Virus record (IMG/VR): IMGVR_UViG_3300045988_151747
Origin: a virus
DNA: 64,000 nt
Strand: one strand, 5' to 3'
The notes below the pieces were generated by a model that saw only the letters and a list, made by a program, of their open reading frames with translations, did no database searches and was not told the DNA's origin. Below, piece after piece: positions 8,967 through 16,323 of the stretch. Each line of letters opens with the position of its first letter. The first letter of the stretch is position 1. The position numbers and the translations under genes are program-made.

Positions 8967-10378
8967 TTATCACTTTTCAATAATACCTCACGTCCGAAGA
9001 ATATACCTTCCTCATCAATAGCGGTAATCTCTTTCTTAGACCATTTGTCAAGCAGGATAAGAATCTTGTCACCCACTTCAACACCTTCCCAAAGAATATC
9101 TTGGGGAGCATACAAATCCACAGCCGAGAACAGACAGTTTATGATATTCACGTTCTCCACGGTATTCGCAATGAGTTTCTTGTTGAACTCGATTTTCTTA
9201 TCCACGTCAATGGGATTCTTCAACAACTGGGTAGCGGTTATATCACCTTTGACAAACCGCATAAGCTGATACATTGCTTCCGGACAATAGTGTAACAGGT
9301 AGTCAACCAAGAAAGGAACAGCCGGAATGGCTTTACCGTCAACGATTATCTTGTCACCGTCAATTCGCTCAACATTATGGAACTCCGGAAGCAGAGTGCC
9401 CACGAATTTATATGTAGGTTCCTTGCTGGGAGTTTCAAACGTTTCCTCACGTGTAAGTTCCTCCAGTTTGTTAAGGAATGACTTGTATCTTATCTTGCGA
9501 TTTGAAAGGTCGGTCAAAAGAGCCTTCACGTTTTTCTGCCAGCGTCTAAAGGGAATCATATCCGCAAACAGCATAGGGTCGAAATCAGCCAGCTTACCGT
9601 TACGTATCCATGTGATTTTGCTCAGAACTTTCTTACGTAAAAGGTCAAAGTCCGGTTCTTCTTCCTCTTCAACCACGATTTCCTTTTCAGCTTTCTTCTT
9701 GGATTTCTTGGCTTCCTTACCACGCTCAACGGCAGCAGCAAGTTCCTCAGATGTATGTTCAACTCTTGAAGTTTCAAAAAAATCTCCCAATTCAGCCGGA
9801 GTAGGGATGCCCTCGAACGGTGTGTCTACAACCTTATATTTTTTGGTCGTATCTTCAACCATAAATCCGTTTTCCTTGGTACATGAAATACGGTATCCAC
9901 GGAAATGGAGTTTCCCTTTCTTGATTGTCACATCCTCACCGAAATAACGGTCTTTCAGATAACGCTGGTAAGTGGTAAGGCTCATTTCGTCCGTATCGAC
10001 AATATCAGCCAATTGGGAGAAATCACCTATGACCTTATGGCAGGTTTTCTTTATCGTGTCAATCTCATACAGTTTACCGTTAACGGATGGAGCCACTTCA
10101 ATGGATTCCGACTTTTTGGTTTTCTTGGGTTTTGCTTCCGATACAGGAGCAGACGGTTTAGGTTCTTCCGCCGGTTTCACCTTGACAATACCAAGAACAC
10201 CTTTGACGTAATCAAGAAGTTCGGGATTCTCTGCCTTGAGAAGCTGGAACACTTCAATCTTTCCACCCATTTTTTCAACGATGCCTTCAACCTGTTTTCT
10301 TTCAAGTTCCACATTGGGAGTTTTACCGAATCTTGTTCTGAATCCTTTTACTGTGCTGATGAATTTTTTTGTTTCCAT
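8945..10378 (-). CDS. hypothetical protein (477 aa)
   Basis: Long uninterrupted minus-strand ORF with a charged K/E-rich linker. No motif recognised. Confidence 0.6.
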   Translation of the reverse strand: METKKFISTVKGFRTRFGKTPNVELERKQVEGIVEKMGGKIEVFQLLKAENPELLDYVKGVLGIVKVKPAEEPKPSAPVSEAKPKKTKKSESIEVAPSVNGKLYEIDTIKKTCHKVIGDFSQLADIVDTDEMSLTTYQRYLKDRYFGEDVTIKKGKLHFRGYRISCTKENGFMVEDTTKKYKVVDTPFEGIPTPAELGDFFETSRVEHTSEELAAAVERGKEAKKSKKKAEKEIVVEEEEEPDFDLLRKKVLSKITWIRNGKLADFDPMLFADMIPFRRWQKNVKALLTDLSNRKIRYKSFLNKLEELTREETFETPSKEPTYKFVGTLLPEFHNVERIDGDKIIVDGKAIPAVPFLVDYLLHYCPEAMYQLMRFVKGDITATQLLKNPIDVDKKIEFNKKLIANTVENVNIINCLFSAVDLYAPQDILWEGVEVGDKILILLDKWSKKEITAIDEEGIFFGREVLLKSDKWIKLED

Positions 10379-10390
10379 AATTTTGTGAGA

Positions 10391-10753
10391 TTAAATGTTT
10401 GATACTTTTTTAATTGTTGCCGGAGCGTTATTCTTATACAGGTACGCCCACTTTGTAACCTGTTCCATTGTTCTTGGTACGATACTGTCGTACTTCTGTT
10501 TGCCATTGCCGAAATCATGTCTGAAAACGGCTCCATCGGTGTTGTCACATAGGAACTCCAATATCCTTACAGCCTTGTTCCATACGGAACGTTTATAAAA
10601 CTGGGGCTTGCAGAATCCTATGAAAATCAAATCTACGGTTTCTTGTATTCCCATTTGGTAAATTGTAAGCAGGGAATCAAAGTTCCCTACTATAAAGTTT
10701 AATGAATGACTGCCAGTTGATATGCCGTGTATCGCAAAAGGTAACGGCTCCAC
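10391..10753 (-). CDS. hypothetical protein (possibly the C-terminal part of a frameshifted gene)
   Basis: 120-aa ORF starting at GTG 10753, with an alternative ATG at 10654. It overlaps the previous ORF by 77 nt next to an A6 run. Confidence 0.4.
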   Translation of the reverse strand: MEPLPFAIHGISTGSHSLNFIVGNFDSLLTIYQMGIQETVDLIFIGFCKPQFYKRSVWNKAVRILEFLCDNTDGAVFRHDFGNGKQKYDSIVPRTMEQVTKWAYLYKNNAPATIKKVSNI

Positions 10754-10985
10754 AATTTTTTCGCTTCAATAAATCATTGAGCATCTTACGTTCCTCAGAT
10801 GTTATTCCGTCAGTTTCAAACCCGTCAACATAATAGGCTTGTTCAAAAGCGGCTTTAGATACACCGAGTTTTTTGCTCCACCTGTTTATGAAAGCGGCTT
10901 CGTTCTTTGCGCTGGTGTTCATTTCACTTTCCTTACACATGGTATTCCTGTCAACCATGCTGATGCTAATTCTAACTTTCTTCAT
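10677..10985 (-). CDS. hypothetical protein
   Basis: 102-aa ORF directly downstream of duplicated promoter cassette copy A. Confidence 0.5.
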   Translation of the reverse strand: MKKVRISISMVDRNTMCKESEMNTSAKNEAAFINRWSKKLGVSKAAFEQAYYVDGFETDGITSEERKMLNDLLKRKNCGAVTFCDTRHINWQSFIKLYSREL

Positions 10986-10998
10986 AGACCGTTCGTTT

Positions 10999-11086
10999 TA
11001 TTTCGATACACAAAAGTAGTTATTTTTTTCGGAATAACAAAATAGTAAGATACTTTTTTCAGGGTAACTATATTAATATTTGTTAA
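10999..11086 (-). repeat. 88-bp direct repeat, copy A (promoter cassette)
   Basis: About 93 percent identical to 13685-13772. The first 46 nt are identical (TATTTCGATACACAAAAGTAGTTATTTTTTTCGGAATAACAAAATA). Confidence 0.9.
11011..11041 (-). promoter_or_regulatory. Bacteroidota-type promoter (TTTG-N19-TACTTTTG) inside repeat copy A
   Basis: Minus strand: TTTG at 11041-11038, TACTTTTG at 11018-11011. It ends 26 nt upstream of the ATG at 10985. Confidence 0.65.
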
Positions 11087-11330
11087 TCGATAGTGCAGCG
11101 TTAAACAGGTGCACAAACTGGTATATAGTAATAATGAGTTCGGAAAATTGGTTTATATCAGTTAGTTCATGAAACGTACTTAAATCAATCGGCTCGTTAC
11201 CAACGTAACGGTACATTTTGGGAGGCTCGTTTTCGGTTACTGTAAACTTATACATATAGCTTTCCACTTTATCGGATATAAGCACAAACCAAAAATTGTC
11301 CTTGTCAGAACGCAAGAAATATCTTTCCAT
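11073..11330 (-). CDS. hypothetical protein
   Basis: 85 aa counted from the ATG at 11330, which sits right after the topoisomerase stop. The longest ORF extends to 11441, but that part overlaps the upstream gene. Confidence 0.45.
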   Translation of the reverse strand: MERYFLRSDKDNFWFVLISDKVESYMYKFTVTENEPPKMYRYVGNEPIDLSTFHELTDINQFSELIITIYQFVHLFNAALSINKY

Positions 11331-11331
11331 G

Positions 11332-12105
11332 TCATTTTTGTTTTTCCGGAAATGCAACATCATACATATAATCCCAAAGGTACGGGTCGATATAGCTGGT
11401 CTTGCATACCGATGCCGTATTGTTAAGTTTCTCGGAAACATCGGTACACACCTGTTTCACTAAAGCATTGAAAGCCGATTTGGTTTTAACCTCCATCAGT
11501 TCATCCTTATGCCGGCTGAATGATTTCCACGCTTCGATGTTGGCTCTCATGGTACGCAAATCCTTAGGAGTGAAATTTGCTCCTATATGACGCTTGACAA
11601 ACTTGGTAAACTCATAGGCGGTTATCTCGAACAGCGTTTCCGGAGGCTGTGCGGTAAGTTTGATTTTCTCCACATGGGTCGCAAGGTCGCCGGTTACAAC
11701 AAAGCTGTTCTTTACGGAACGTTTCCCCAAGAAGTTCAGATAGACCTTACCACCTCTTAGTGTAACGTGTTCCGGAAGCAAGGTGGTAAGACCATAGGTC
11801 TGAACGAACTCCGGTTCACGTGTCTTGTCATAGGGGCTTACGGTTGTCATATATCCTTCCGCCGAAGATTCGTTCCCTATGCGGATGCCCGTATGGAGCA
11901 TCAGCCGGCACGCACACGCCAGCCGGGCGTTCAGTGTTACAAGTTCTCCCCTTTTTGCAATACGCCCCATCATGGAGTCAAGTCCGGTAAACAGTTTAGC
12001 CAGTTTCACCATCCTGTTGAACTTTCCCGAATAGCTTCCTTTCGGGGAGCGGAAAAACGTTATCATTTCACCGTCCACTTCAAACGTATATGTACCTATC
12101 CCCAT
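11332..12105 (-). CDS. DNA topoisomerase IB
   Basis: Family signatures read in order: HTGIRIGNE, YGLTTLLPEHVTLRGGKVYLNFLGKRSV, FTPKDLRTMRAN, and the catalytic-Tyr context TASVCKTSYIDP. An alternative longer start lies at 12213. Confidence 0.85.
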   Translation of the reverse strand: MGIGTYTFEVDGEMITFFRSPKGSYSGKFNRMVKLAKLFTGLDSMMGRIAKRGELVTLNARLACACRLMLHTGIRIGNESSAEGYMTTVSPYDKTREPEFVQTYGLTTLLPEHVTLRGGKVYLNFLGKRSVKNSFVVTGDLATHVEKIKLTAQPPETLFEITAYEFTKFVKRHIGANFTPKDLRTMRANIEAWKSFSRHKDELMEVKTKSAFNALVKQVCTDVSEKLNNTASVCKTSYIDPYLWDYMYDVAFPEKQK

Positions 12106-12281
12106 ACCACATAGTTTATAAAGTCGCTCAATGCAGTCATAAATTGCAGGAACATTCCCAGCAGCATAGCACCTATAACGAACAATACTGCATACCAAAA
12201 TCTCATCCACCATTTTCTGATAGGGGAAATAAGAACCTTGTTCCCGAATCTTCCGCTTATAAAGTCACAAATTGTATTCAT
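12096..12281 (-). CDS. small membrane protein
   Basis: 61-aa ORF with one strong hydrophobic helix (WYAVLFVIGAMLLGMFLQFMTAL). It fits the tight packing between 12287 and the topoisomerase ATG at 12105. Confidence 0.4.
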   Translation of the reverse strand: MNTICDFISGRFGNKVLISPIRKWWMRFWYAVLFVIGAMLLGMFLQFMTALSDFINYVVWG

Positions 12282-12286
12282 AATAA

Positions 12287-12598
12287 TTATCCGATTAAGT
12301 TTAAAATCATTTTCATTCCTTTCTCACCATAGTGTTCCGTAACAATGTCACGCATGGACTTTCCCTCTTCCTCGTAGTTACCGTACTTTTCATGCAGCCA
12401 GTCGTCAAAGGCGAATATGTCTATTATCACCAGTCTGAACACAACGCTCATAAGTTTGTCGTGAACCTTGGAAAACTTGATACCGAATATACCCTCGAAC
12501 TCATCAGCCACCTTCTGAATCTGGTAAAGCGGATATGGAGTGGGGGCTTCGCCCACCGCTCCGAACAATACTGCATACAATGAAGCATCCATAGTCAA
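12287..12598 (-). CDS. hypothetical protein
   Basis: 103-aa ORF in the same-strand array, with a 4-nt overlap onto its upstream neighbour. Confidence 0.5.
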   Translation of the reverse strand: MTMDASLYAVLFGAVGEAPTPYPLYQIQKVADEFEGIFGIKFSKVHDKLMSVVFRLVIIDIFAFDDWLHEKYGNYEEEGKSMRDIVTEHYGEKGMKMILNLIG

Positions 12599-12855
12599 TA
12601 AACGTTTTCGTCCAACAAGTCCTTTCCTATGAGTTCGTTCACCTGTGGGGCTGTCATTGTGTAGAACCTGCCCCTGCGTGACAAACCTTTTTCACTGTAA
12701 ACCTTCTGACCGTGGTAACGGTCCTGCGCCTGACTGAACAATATCTGATACACGCCTGTGTACGCCACGATGTAAAGTTTCTGGGAGTACATCATCTCCA
12801 CCTCTTCACGTAGCAGCTCCACACCACCTATCGTGCAATGAATATCCTTTCTCAT
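12595..12855 (-). CDS. hypothetical protein
   Basis: 86-aa ORF with 4-nt overlaps on both sides. Confidence 0.5.
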   Translation of the reverse strand: MRKDIHCTIGGVELLREEVEMMYSQKLYIVAYTGVYQILFSQAQDRYHGQKVYSEKGLSRRGRFYTMTAPQVNELIGKDLLDENVY

Positions 12856-13475
12856 TTTCTTGTCTTTTTATTGGTTTTTACTCTTTTCTGTTTCAACACC
12901 ATTTCCGATGTCTGCCATTTGTATGCGGCTTCCACCACGGCTTTAACATCACGTCCGTATTCGATGTCCTCGTCTTCCGTACCGTAAAAGAAATCCTTGT
13001 TGTCAACATCATACCCTACGTAACGGTAAGTGGGAAATTCCGAATCGGAAACGTACCTGTATATGCGGAAGCACTGCCATCTTCCATACCACTCGAACTT
13101 CACCTTCTGACGTTTCAACTCATCTTCCAGCTTTCTGACGCACGCCATGAAATGTTCCTCGGTGCGTGACAGCTTGAAACCGCTTTCGGACTTGTCTTTC
13201 AGATACTCCATATCGTAGGGTTCAAGAACATCCGGTTCCTCATCCACGGTTTCTTCCGGAACCACATTGCCCTTATTGTCGTACATTCTTTCGTCACGGA
13301 CAATCTTTACCGAATGGTCGGGCGTACATGCCCACTGGTAGATTTTCAAAAGTGTTTCCTCATTCAGTGTCCGGAGTGTGTAAACGGAAATGGTAGGGCT
13401 TGCCTTATGAATCTCGAATATCAAATCGTCTACTGTCAATGCTTTTGTTCTCATAGTCGTAATCAATTGGTTCAT
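12852..13475 (-). CDS. hypothetical protein
   Basis: 207-aa ORF. No motif recognised. Confidence 0.55.
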   Translation of the reverse strand: MNQLITTMRTKALTVDDLIFEIHKASPTISVYTLRTLNEETLLKIYQWACTPDHSVKIVRDERMYDNKGNVVPEETVDEEPDVLEPYDMEYLKDKSESGFKLSRTEEHFMACVRKLEDELKRQKVKFEWYGRWQCFRIYRYVSDSEFPTYRYVGYDVDNKDFFYGTEDEDIEYGRDVKAVVEAAYKWQTSEMVLKQKRVKTNKKTRK

Positions 13476-13487
13476 TTAAAATAGTTC

Positions 13488-13649
13488 TTAGCGACAAACA
13501 TCTTCAACTTTAACGTGTAATATTTTCCAAGTACCTATTGCCAAATCAAGTGTTCCATTGGGATTGATTTTCTCGATAACGAATTTTTTTACTGAGTAAA
13601 AGTTATAAGTTACCATACGTCCTAATTTTGCATTAAACTTCTTTTTCAT
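13488..13649 (-). CDS. hypothetical small protein (53 aa)
   Basis: Hand-translated MKKKFNAKLGRMVTYNFYSVKKFVIEKINPNGTLDLAIGTWKILHVKVEDVCR. It lies directly downstream of promoter cassette copy B and is below the ORF-track cutoff. Confidence 0.4.
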   Translation of the reverse strand: MKKKFNAKLGRMVTYNFYSVKKFVIEKINPNGTLDLAIGTWKILHVKVEDVCR

Positions 13650-13684
13650 CTTTCTTGTCTTTTAGTGGTGAATACTACGTTTAT

Positions 13685-13772
13685 TATTTCGATACACAAA
13701 AGTAGTTATTTTTTTCGGAATAACAAAATAATAAGATATTTTTTTCAAAGTAACTATATTAATATTTGTTAA
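13685..13772 (-). repeat. 88-bp direct repeat, copy B (promoter cassette)
   Basis: See copy A at 10999-11086. Confidence 0.9.
13697..13727 (-). promoter_or_regulatory. Bacteroidota-type promoter (TTTG-N19-TACTTTTG) inside repeat copy B
   Basis: Minus strand: TTTG at 13727-13724, TACTTTTG at 13704-13697. Confidence 0.65.
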
Positions 13773-13802
13773 GTACGTACGGTTACGTTGGTAGGCACCG
13801 TT

Positions 13803-14099
13803 TTACAGGTTAACAAGCAAATCATAATCCTCACGTGACAATATCCGGATATGCTCGGTAACGAAAGTTTCAAACAGTTTGACTCTTGCAAGGTTAGAAC
13901 AATCGTATTTCATTACCCATCTCATAAACGGAACCATCTCGTCCGTACTATCCTTATACATGACTTTGGTATTTTGCCATGCTTCCGGACCTATCGTTTC
14001 CAGTAATGTTATGACAAACATCTTTTCGTTTGCAGCCTCGCACTCGTTTTTCATATACAATCCGCTGACACGGTTGTAAATCGTATATCTGAAATTCAT
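13803..14099 (-). CDS. hypothetical protein (tandem paralogue 2 of 2)
   Basis: 98 aa. The C-terminus HIRILSREDYDLLVNL resembles the neighbour's ELHLLSDESFNIIRNL, and both are the same length. Confidence 0.5.
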   Translation of the reverse strand: MNFRYTIYNRVSGLYMKNECEAANEKMFVITLLETIGPEAWQNTKVMYKDSTDEMVPFMRWVMKYDCSNLARVKLFETFVTEHIRILSREDYDLLVNL

Positions 14100-14392
14100 A
14101 GGTTTCTTATGATATTAAATGATTCGTCTGAAAGCAGATGCAGCTCCCCCTTAACGAACATGGTAAACAATCGGTCCTTTAACTGATCCCTCAAAGGAGT
14201 TGAAGCTGCATAGCCTTTGAAAGATATGCCGTTTATCTCTAATGTTTCCAGACATTCAATGGGAACATTGTCAATGACAAGGGCAAACGCCTCTGTTATT
14301 GACGGCGCAAGGACTTCATTACACGTTCCGAATGCCGTAATATCATCCGGATATTCATAAGGGTTGTAATAGCTAAAAGTAAACTTTTTCAT
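14096..14392 (-). CDS. hypothetical protein (tandem paralogue 1 of 2)
   Basis: 98 aa. It is the first gene downstream of the long non-coding region. Confidence 0.5.
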   Translation of the reverse strand: MKKFTFSYYNPYEYPDDITAFGTCNEVLAPSITEAFALVIDNVPIECLETLEINGISFKGYAASTPLRDQLKDRLFTMFVKGELHLLSDESFNIIRNL

Positions 14393-14568
14393 AAGCAGTA
14401 TGTTTCTAATTTAAATTCATTCCGTTTTCCAGTGACAGGAACGTCCGGACAATAATATTAAATATCATATTATATATTCCTTATAGTTATAGTAGTTATT
14501 AATATTAATTGCCACGAAGTTCCCTGCACCTTTATCGTATTGTCAATATTTAGTTCTTTTCATCAAAG

Positions 14569-14599
14569 TAAATATACGAAATATTTCACACCCGTCAAA
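14569..14599 (-). promoter_or_regulatory. candidate promoter (TTTG-N19-TATATTTA)
   Basis: Minus strand: TTTG at 14599-14596 and a 7/8 -7 box at 14576-14569. It lies about 180 nt upstream of the ATG at 14392. Confidence 0.35.
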
Positions 14600-14923
14600 A
14601 CTCCGCACACTCACCCGTTCGCACACGAAGTATTTATTTTCAAATATGCAAATGCCACACAAAACCCGCAATTTTCACACAAGCCACACCACTCACACCG
14701 TTCCACACACAATCCATACATCATCCACACGCCACACAGTTACTTTTATTTTTATCAAAGTAAAAAATACAGGTTCCAAAATCTACTGTCTAACCTACGT
14801 CAACCACCCGACCCGTTTCCCGTACCCGATTCCATTTAAGGGTGGGGGCTGTCTATTCGAGCTATCATAGGTGAAATGCCACACATCCCTCTGGTTATTT
14901 CCATCCAAATATCTGCCACACAC
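14587..14923 (-). repeat. one-orientation CACAC / GCCACAC motif array
   Basis: At least 12 CACAC pentamers, all on the plus strand. They include five GCCACAC copies at 14654, 14683, 14731, 14878 and 14915, plus ACTCAC(C/A)CCGTTC at about 14608 and 14691. Confidence 0.85.
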
Positions 14924-14990
14924 ATTGCTTTCAAAGTAACAACCCTATCTATGTTCTATCCGTGATAAAAGTAACTGTTCTTTTCTGAAA

Positions 14991-15184
14991 AATAACCGCC
15001 GGAAAAGTTAGTCTATATAATTAGAAAAACAAAAACGCCGGAAAGTTATTCTGTATAATATATAGTAGCCAATTAAAAACGCCCGTAATTAAATTAATCT
15101 AGTTACCTATATCAAAGTAAGCCTCGTTTTTCCCTATGCTGGAGTAATAAAAACGCCTATATGGACAATCTTCCTGTATAAAAT
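14991..15184 (-). repeat. direct repeats AA(A/T)AAC(C)GCCGGAAA(A)GTTA..TCT.TATAAT
   Basis: Units at 14991-15022 and 15031-15062 are about 80 percent identical. AAAAACGCC recurs at 15031, 15075 and 15149, and the third unit ends in CTGTATAA. Confidence 0.75.
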
Positions 15185-15587
15185 AAGTAGTTTCCTAGGA
15201 AATTCCGGTATAACATGGATAATCTTATTATCTATATACGTAAAATAACACGCCAATTAGCCAAATTACAGCGATTTTCTACCCTGCTGCCGCTAATTAC
15301 ACAGCAAAAAGCTGTCTTTTACCTTTCCCGCTTAGATATAGCTGTGGTTGAATAATGTCTAAGGTACTTATAAGTAGTATATCTATTGTTATTATTAGTA
15401 TTATATAGATATATTAATAGTAAAACATTAACCCGCGAATGGGTTTCCGGAGATTCCGCGCATTTTCTCCCATGTAGTTACATATAAAACCGCAGTTTTA
15501 CCCCCTTATTTGCTTGGTTAGATAATCTACCCTACTATAATTACTCCTTATTACCACTACCTAATTACCTGACAGCCAAAATAAAAA

Positions 15588-15628
15588 CCCGTTTATGCGG
15601 AAATTTTTATTTTCACGCACAAAACGGG
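15588..15628 (-). terminator. rho-independent terminator (strong)
   Basis: CCCGTTT-A-TGCG / CGCA-CA-AAACGGG stem of 11 bp with a 16-nt loop, followed on the minus strand by TTTTTATTTTGG. Confidence 0.6.
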
Positions 15629-15694
15629 CTAATCAATTCGAGTCTTTTAAATACAAATTTGTGGTTGAGTAAGGTTTTTACTCAAAGTAAAATG

Positions 15695-15724
15695 AAAGGA
15701 GCCACTTTCACAAGCAACTCCTTT
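15695..15724 (-). terminator. hairpin, possible terminator
   Basis: AAAGGAG / CTCCTTT 7-bp stem with a 16-nt loop, followed by CATTTTAC on the minus strand. Confidence 0.35.
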
Positions 15725-15750
15725 CTGTGTATAAACTAAATAAACTAATC

Positions 15751-15768
15751 TTCCCAACGCTTTGGGAA
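15751..15768 (-). terminator. hairpin downstream of dps, possible terminator
   Basis: TTCCCAA / TTGGGAA 7-bp stem with a 4-nt loop, 44 nt after the dps stop. The trailing tract is only moderately U-rich. Confidence 0.4.
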
Positions 15769-15811
15769 AGGCAAATGTAAATAAAGCTAATTATAAACAC
15801 CGACTAAAAGA

Positions 15812-16267
15812 CTATATTTTATCTTGAGTCCATGCGGTAAGGAACCAGCTTTTCAATTCATTCCACTTACTTAGCTGTGTCATTAAATCCGCAGTGACAT
15901 AATCGTTCTGTTCATTTGCGTCCGAATAAATTTCGTTCTGCAAGTTTGTAAGTTGTATAAGACTTATCAAAGTAGCCTCAATCATAGCACGTGGTTCAGT
16001 AGCATCTTGTGAGCCTTCAACTTCTGAAAGTGAAGCGGCTTCGGGCAGCGTAAGATGGATGGGATAGCCTAACTGCCTGATTCGTTCCGCAACACTATCA
16101 GAATTTGATACGGCTTCATTATACAACTCCTCTAACAATTTATGCAATTCATTAAAACTTGGTCCGACAATATTCCAGTGGAATACATGGGTCTGTTGGT
16201 AGAACACTGTCCATGATGCAAGAAGTGCCCTCATACGTTCTACGGTATCTCTATTAATATTAGCCAT
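15812..16267 (-). CDS. dps: Dps-family ferritin-like DNA-binding protein
   Basis: Signature FHWNIVGPSFNELHKLLEELYNEAVSNSDSVAERIRQLG carries the Dps ferroxidase-site His/His/Glu/Asp pattern. 151 aa. Confidence 0.85.
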   Translation of the reverse strand: MANINRDTVERMRALLASWTVFYQQTHVFHWNIVGPSFNELHKLLEELYNEAVSNSDSVAERIRQLGYPIHLTLPEAASLSEVEGSQDATEPRAMIEATLISLIQLTNLQNEIYSDANEQNDYVTADLMTQLSKWNELKSWFLTAWTQDKI

Positions 16268-16291
16268 AATATTTACTGTTTAAATATGGAG

Positions 16292-16322
16292 CAAATATAC
16301 AATATTAATTCAAATAAACAAA
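16292..16322 (-). promoter_or_regulatory. Bacteroidota-type promoter (TTTG-N19-TATATTTG)
   Basis: Minus strand: TTTG at 16322-16319, TATATTTG at 16299-16292. It lies upstream of dps. Confidence 0.6.
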
Positions 16323-16323
16323 C

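Noticed and set aside
11332-12213. Tyrosine integrase, implying a temperate lifestyle
   Set aside because: The motif order and the SYI.P catalytic tyrosine context match topoisomerase IB rather than integrases. No att-like repeats, excisionase-integrase pairing or CI-like repressor are evident.
14540-14870. Plus-strand ORFs 14540-14839 and 14646-14870 encoding His/Thr/Pro-rich proteins
   Set aside because: Their composition is a direct translation of the CACAC repeat array. They lie on the non-coding strand, have no promoter or start context, and overlap each other. They are treated as artefacts of the repeat.
14587-15184. Possible CRISPR array in the long non-coding region
   Set aside because: The repeats are only 5-9 nt (or about 32 nt with two or three copies) and are irregularly spaced. 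They lack the 24-48 nt repeat and spacer periodicity of a CRISPR array, and no cas genes are present.
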